Source of the DNA: an uncultured Erysipelotrichaceae bacterium
GTDB lineage: Bacteria > Bacillota_I > Bacilli_A > RFN20 > CAG-288
Length of the DNA stretch: 35,124 nt
Direction of reading: 5' to 3'
Assembly: GCA_902771745.1 (NCBI GenBank)
Contig: CACXYG010000003.1
Location: 1 to 35,124, forward strand
Under the pieces are notes generated by a model. It saw only the letters and a list, made by a program, of their open reading frames with translations, ran no database searches and was not told the DNA's origin. Shown piece after piece: positions 33,582 through 35,124 of the stretch. Position 1 is the stretch's first letter. Each line of letters starts with the position of its first letter. The position numbers and the translations under genes were made by a program.

Positions 33582-33797
33582 AGCACGCTCCTTGTGTAAT
33601 GACTTATCAATTATAGACTAATTAGCCTCGGGTTAAAAGCAACAATTCACTTATTGAAACGTTTAAGTGCTTCCTTTGTTAACAAAGCGCTTTTGTGATT
33701 TTCTTTCCATAGAAAAAGAAAGGGGATTCTTCTCCTGAAATTTGTCCTAACAAACCAATTTCTCTTTCCTTCTATTTTTAGAAGACTAAACTAGATG

Positions 33798-33821
33798 TAT
33801 TGTATCTACTTTGATACAATA
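33798..33821. promoter_or_regulatory. 9-bp inverted repeat TATTGTATC-N6-GATACAATA upstream of the HAD lipoprotein gene
   Basis: Perfect arms, extended by AGACT/AGTCT across a bulge (33783-33825). It ends 28 nt before the ATG. Confidence 0.4.
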
Positions 33822-33849
33822 GTCTAAAAAGAGACTGAAGGAGAATAAT

Positions 33850-34944
33850 ATGAAAAAGAAAATCAATACTGTTGTCGTCAGTGTGATGATGTGTTTATCC
33901 ATGGTATCCTGTGGTGAAAACAAAACCGAAAAGACCTACTTCACCAACTGGAACGAATGCACCTCATTAACCACCTTAAAAGAATTTGTTGCTGATGTCA
34001 CCGATGAGAAATCCAAAAACTTTATCCCCGTCGAAGACCGTATTGCCACCTTCGATATGGATGGTACCTTCGTTGGTGAATTGATGCCTTCCTACTTCGA
34101 ATACAATATCTTAGAATACCGTGTCTTAGAAGATCCTACCTATAAGGATATCGCTCCCGATGATGTGAAAGAAACTGCCCAGAACATCCGTGACTTTGTC
34201 CGTGAAGGAACTGCCTTGCCACGTTATAACGATGAATATGGTTTTGATCTCAAGCACGCTTATGCGGCAGCCAAAGCCTATTCCGGTATGACCTTGGAAG
34301 AATTTGATACCTATGTGAAAGACTATGGCGAAAAACCAGCCAATGGTTTTACCAACTTGAAATGTGGTCACGCCTTCTACAAACCGATGTTAGATGTCTT
34401 TGAATATCTTAACGACAACCAGTTTACCAACTATGTCGTCTCCGGTTCTGACCGTTTCATCTGCCGTGCTTTGGTCGATGCAATCGACTTTGATCCTGCT
34501 CATGTCATCGGTATGGATGTCGTCTTAGAAAGTGATAACCAGGGTGAAACCGATGGTGTTAACTATACCTACACCAAGAACGATACTTTAAAGAGAACTG
34601 ATGAGTTGATCATCAAGAACCTCAAGACCAACAAGGTCAAACAAATCGCTCAGGAAATCGGTAAGACTCCTGTCTTATCCTTTGGTAACAGCGGTGGTGA
34701 TTCCGCTATGCATAACTATTGCTTACAAAATGAAAAATATAAATCCGCAGCTTTCATGTTAGTCGCTGACGATGATGAAAGAGATCATGCCAAAAAACGC
34801 GGTGAAGATGATGCTGCCTTCCAGGCTCGTATCGCCAAACTCAATTCTGATTGGACCAACAATCAGTATAACGTCATCTCTATGAAGAATGACTTTGCCA
34901 CCATCTATGGTAAAGATGTTCAGAAGGTCGACTTTACTTTCTAA
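33850..34944 (+). CDS. Secreted lipoprotein of the HAD hydrolase superfamily (subfamily IB-like phosphatase)
   Basis: 364 aa. The lipobox is LSMVSC. Motifs are FDMDGTFVGE (I), VVSGSDR (II) and FGNSGGDSAM (IV). SD GAAGGAGA lies upstream. Confidence 0.8.
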   Translation: MKKKINTVVVSVMMCLSMVSCGENKTEKTYFTNWNECTSLTTLKEFVADVTDEKSKNFIPVEDRIATFDMDGTFVGELMPSYFEYNILEYRVLEDPTYKDIAPDDVKETAQNIRDFVREGTALPRYNDEYGFDLKHAYAAAKAYSGMTLEEFDTYVKDYGEKPANGFTNLKCGHAFYKPMLDVFEYLNDNQFTNYVVSGSDRFICRALVDAIDFDPAHVIGMDVVLESDNQGETDGVNYTYTKNDTLKRTDELIIKNLKTNKVKQIAQEIGKTPVLSFGNSGGDSAMHNYCLQNEKYKSAAFMLVADDDERDHAKKRGEDDAAFQARIAKLNSDWTNNQYNVISMKNDFATIYGKDVQKVDFTF

Positions 34945-34963
34945 CTTTAAAACAGCATAACAG

Positions 34964-35002
34964 ATAAGAGGCAATCCTAAGGAGGGATTGTCTCTTATTT
35001 TT
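34964..35002 (+). terminator. Rho-independent terminator of the HAD lipoprotein gene
   Basis: 14-bp stem ATAAGAGGCAATCC / GGATTGTCTCTTAT with one G-U pair, followed by TTTT. Confidence 0.85.
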
Positions 35003-35086
35003 CATCAGCAAAAAAAGAAATCAAACCTGAATTGCAAGTCGAAGTGATAATTGTTTAGACGTACATCCATGTTCTTGGTATTCCCT

Positions 35087-35110
35087 GCTTCTCCAAGGCC
35101 TTGGAGAAGC
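35087..35110. repeat. Perfect 24-nt palindrome GCTTCTCCAAGGCCTTGGAGAAGC at the window edge
   Basis: Exact reverse-complement symmetry in a locally GC-rich stretch, with no adjacent T-run on either strand. Confidence 0.6.
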
Positions 35111-35124
35111 ACGCCTCGGCTGAT

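Noticed and set aside
33582-33760. Purine (guanine) riboswitch in the guaA leader
   Set aside because: Reading the minus strand, I could not find the conserved junction and loop elements (UAUAAU...GGAUAUGG...UUCUACC...CCGUAAA...GACUAUG pattern) of the purine riboswitch.

Overview
This is a 35.1-kb chromosomal segment from a low-GC Gram-positive bacterium. Bacillota is an inference from Shine-Dalgarno usage, codon bias and gene content; no finer placement is claimed. I call about 33 protein genes and one tRNA-Ala(CGC). I see no rRNA, CRISPR array, transposase, integrase or recognisable defence gene.

Gene content, left to right:
- 1-5274: a divergently transcribed sugar-catabolism cluster. It holds a YihQ-like GH31 glycosidase, a short transaldolase/FSA-type enzyme, a YihU-like beta-hydroxyacid reductase and a GPH-family symporter. 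This matches the transaldolase variant of sulfoquinovose degradation.
- 5519-9176: a heterodimeric ABC exporter pair.
- 9289-11803: an acyltransferase-3 membrane protein, an ATC-hydrolase-like protein and a small membrane protein.
- 11804-12324: an unusually long 521-bp convergent intergenic region.
- 12325-15811: a large surface lipoprotein, a TetR regulator and a LURP-one/YxjI-like protein.
- 15997-17644: a small orphan ORF behind three 32-bp-periodic repeats, tRNA-Ala, a hypoxanthine/uracil-type DNA glycosylase and a membrane protein.
- 17711-24071: glycerate kinase, a membrane protein, priA, three small hypothetical proteins (two with His/Asp-rich tracts) and yebC.
- 24173-29360: a four-gene minus-strand operon of PHP phosphatase, proline iminopeptidase, an unknown protein and a fused ABC-ATPase/FtsX permease.
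- 29475-34944: a macrodomain-HTH fusion, a small vWA protein, a Cof-type HAD phosphatase, guaA and a secreted HAD lipoprotein.

Most interesting observations:
1. The sulfoglycolysis-like cluster has a glycosidase that keeps the Gln/Gln/Trp/Tyr pocket residues of sulfoquinovosidases. The sulfonate-binding Arg appears to be replaced by Gln. Two near-identical 21-nt palindromic boxes sit in the divergent promoter region.
2. A roughly 225-nt GC-enriched, hairpin-dense element lies in the long convergent intergenic region. It is a candidate unclassified ncRNA.
3. Three exactly 32-bp-spaced direct repeats lie next to the tRNA.
4. A composite motif occurs at two distant intergenic sites, with one half inverted between the copies.

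All similarity statements come from reading the translations and from memory of the families. No database search was run.
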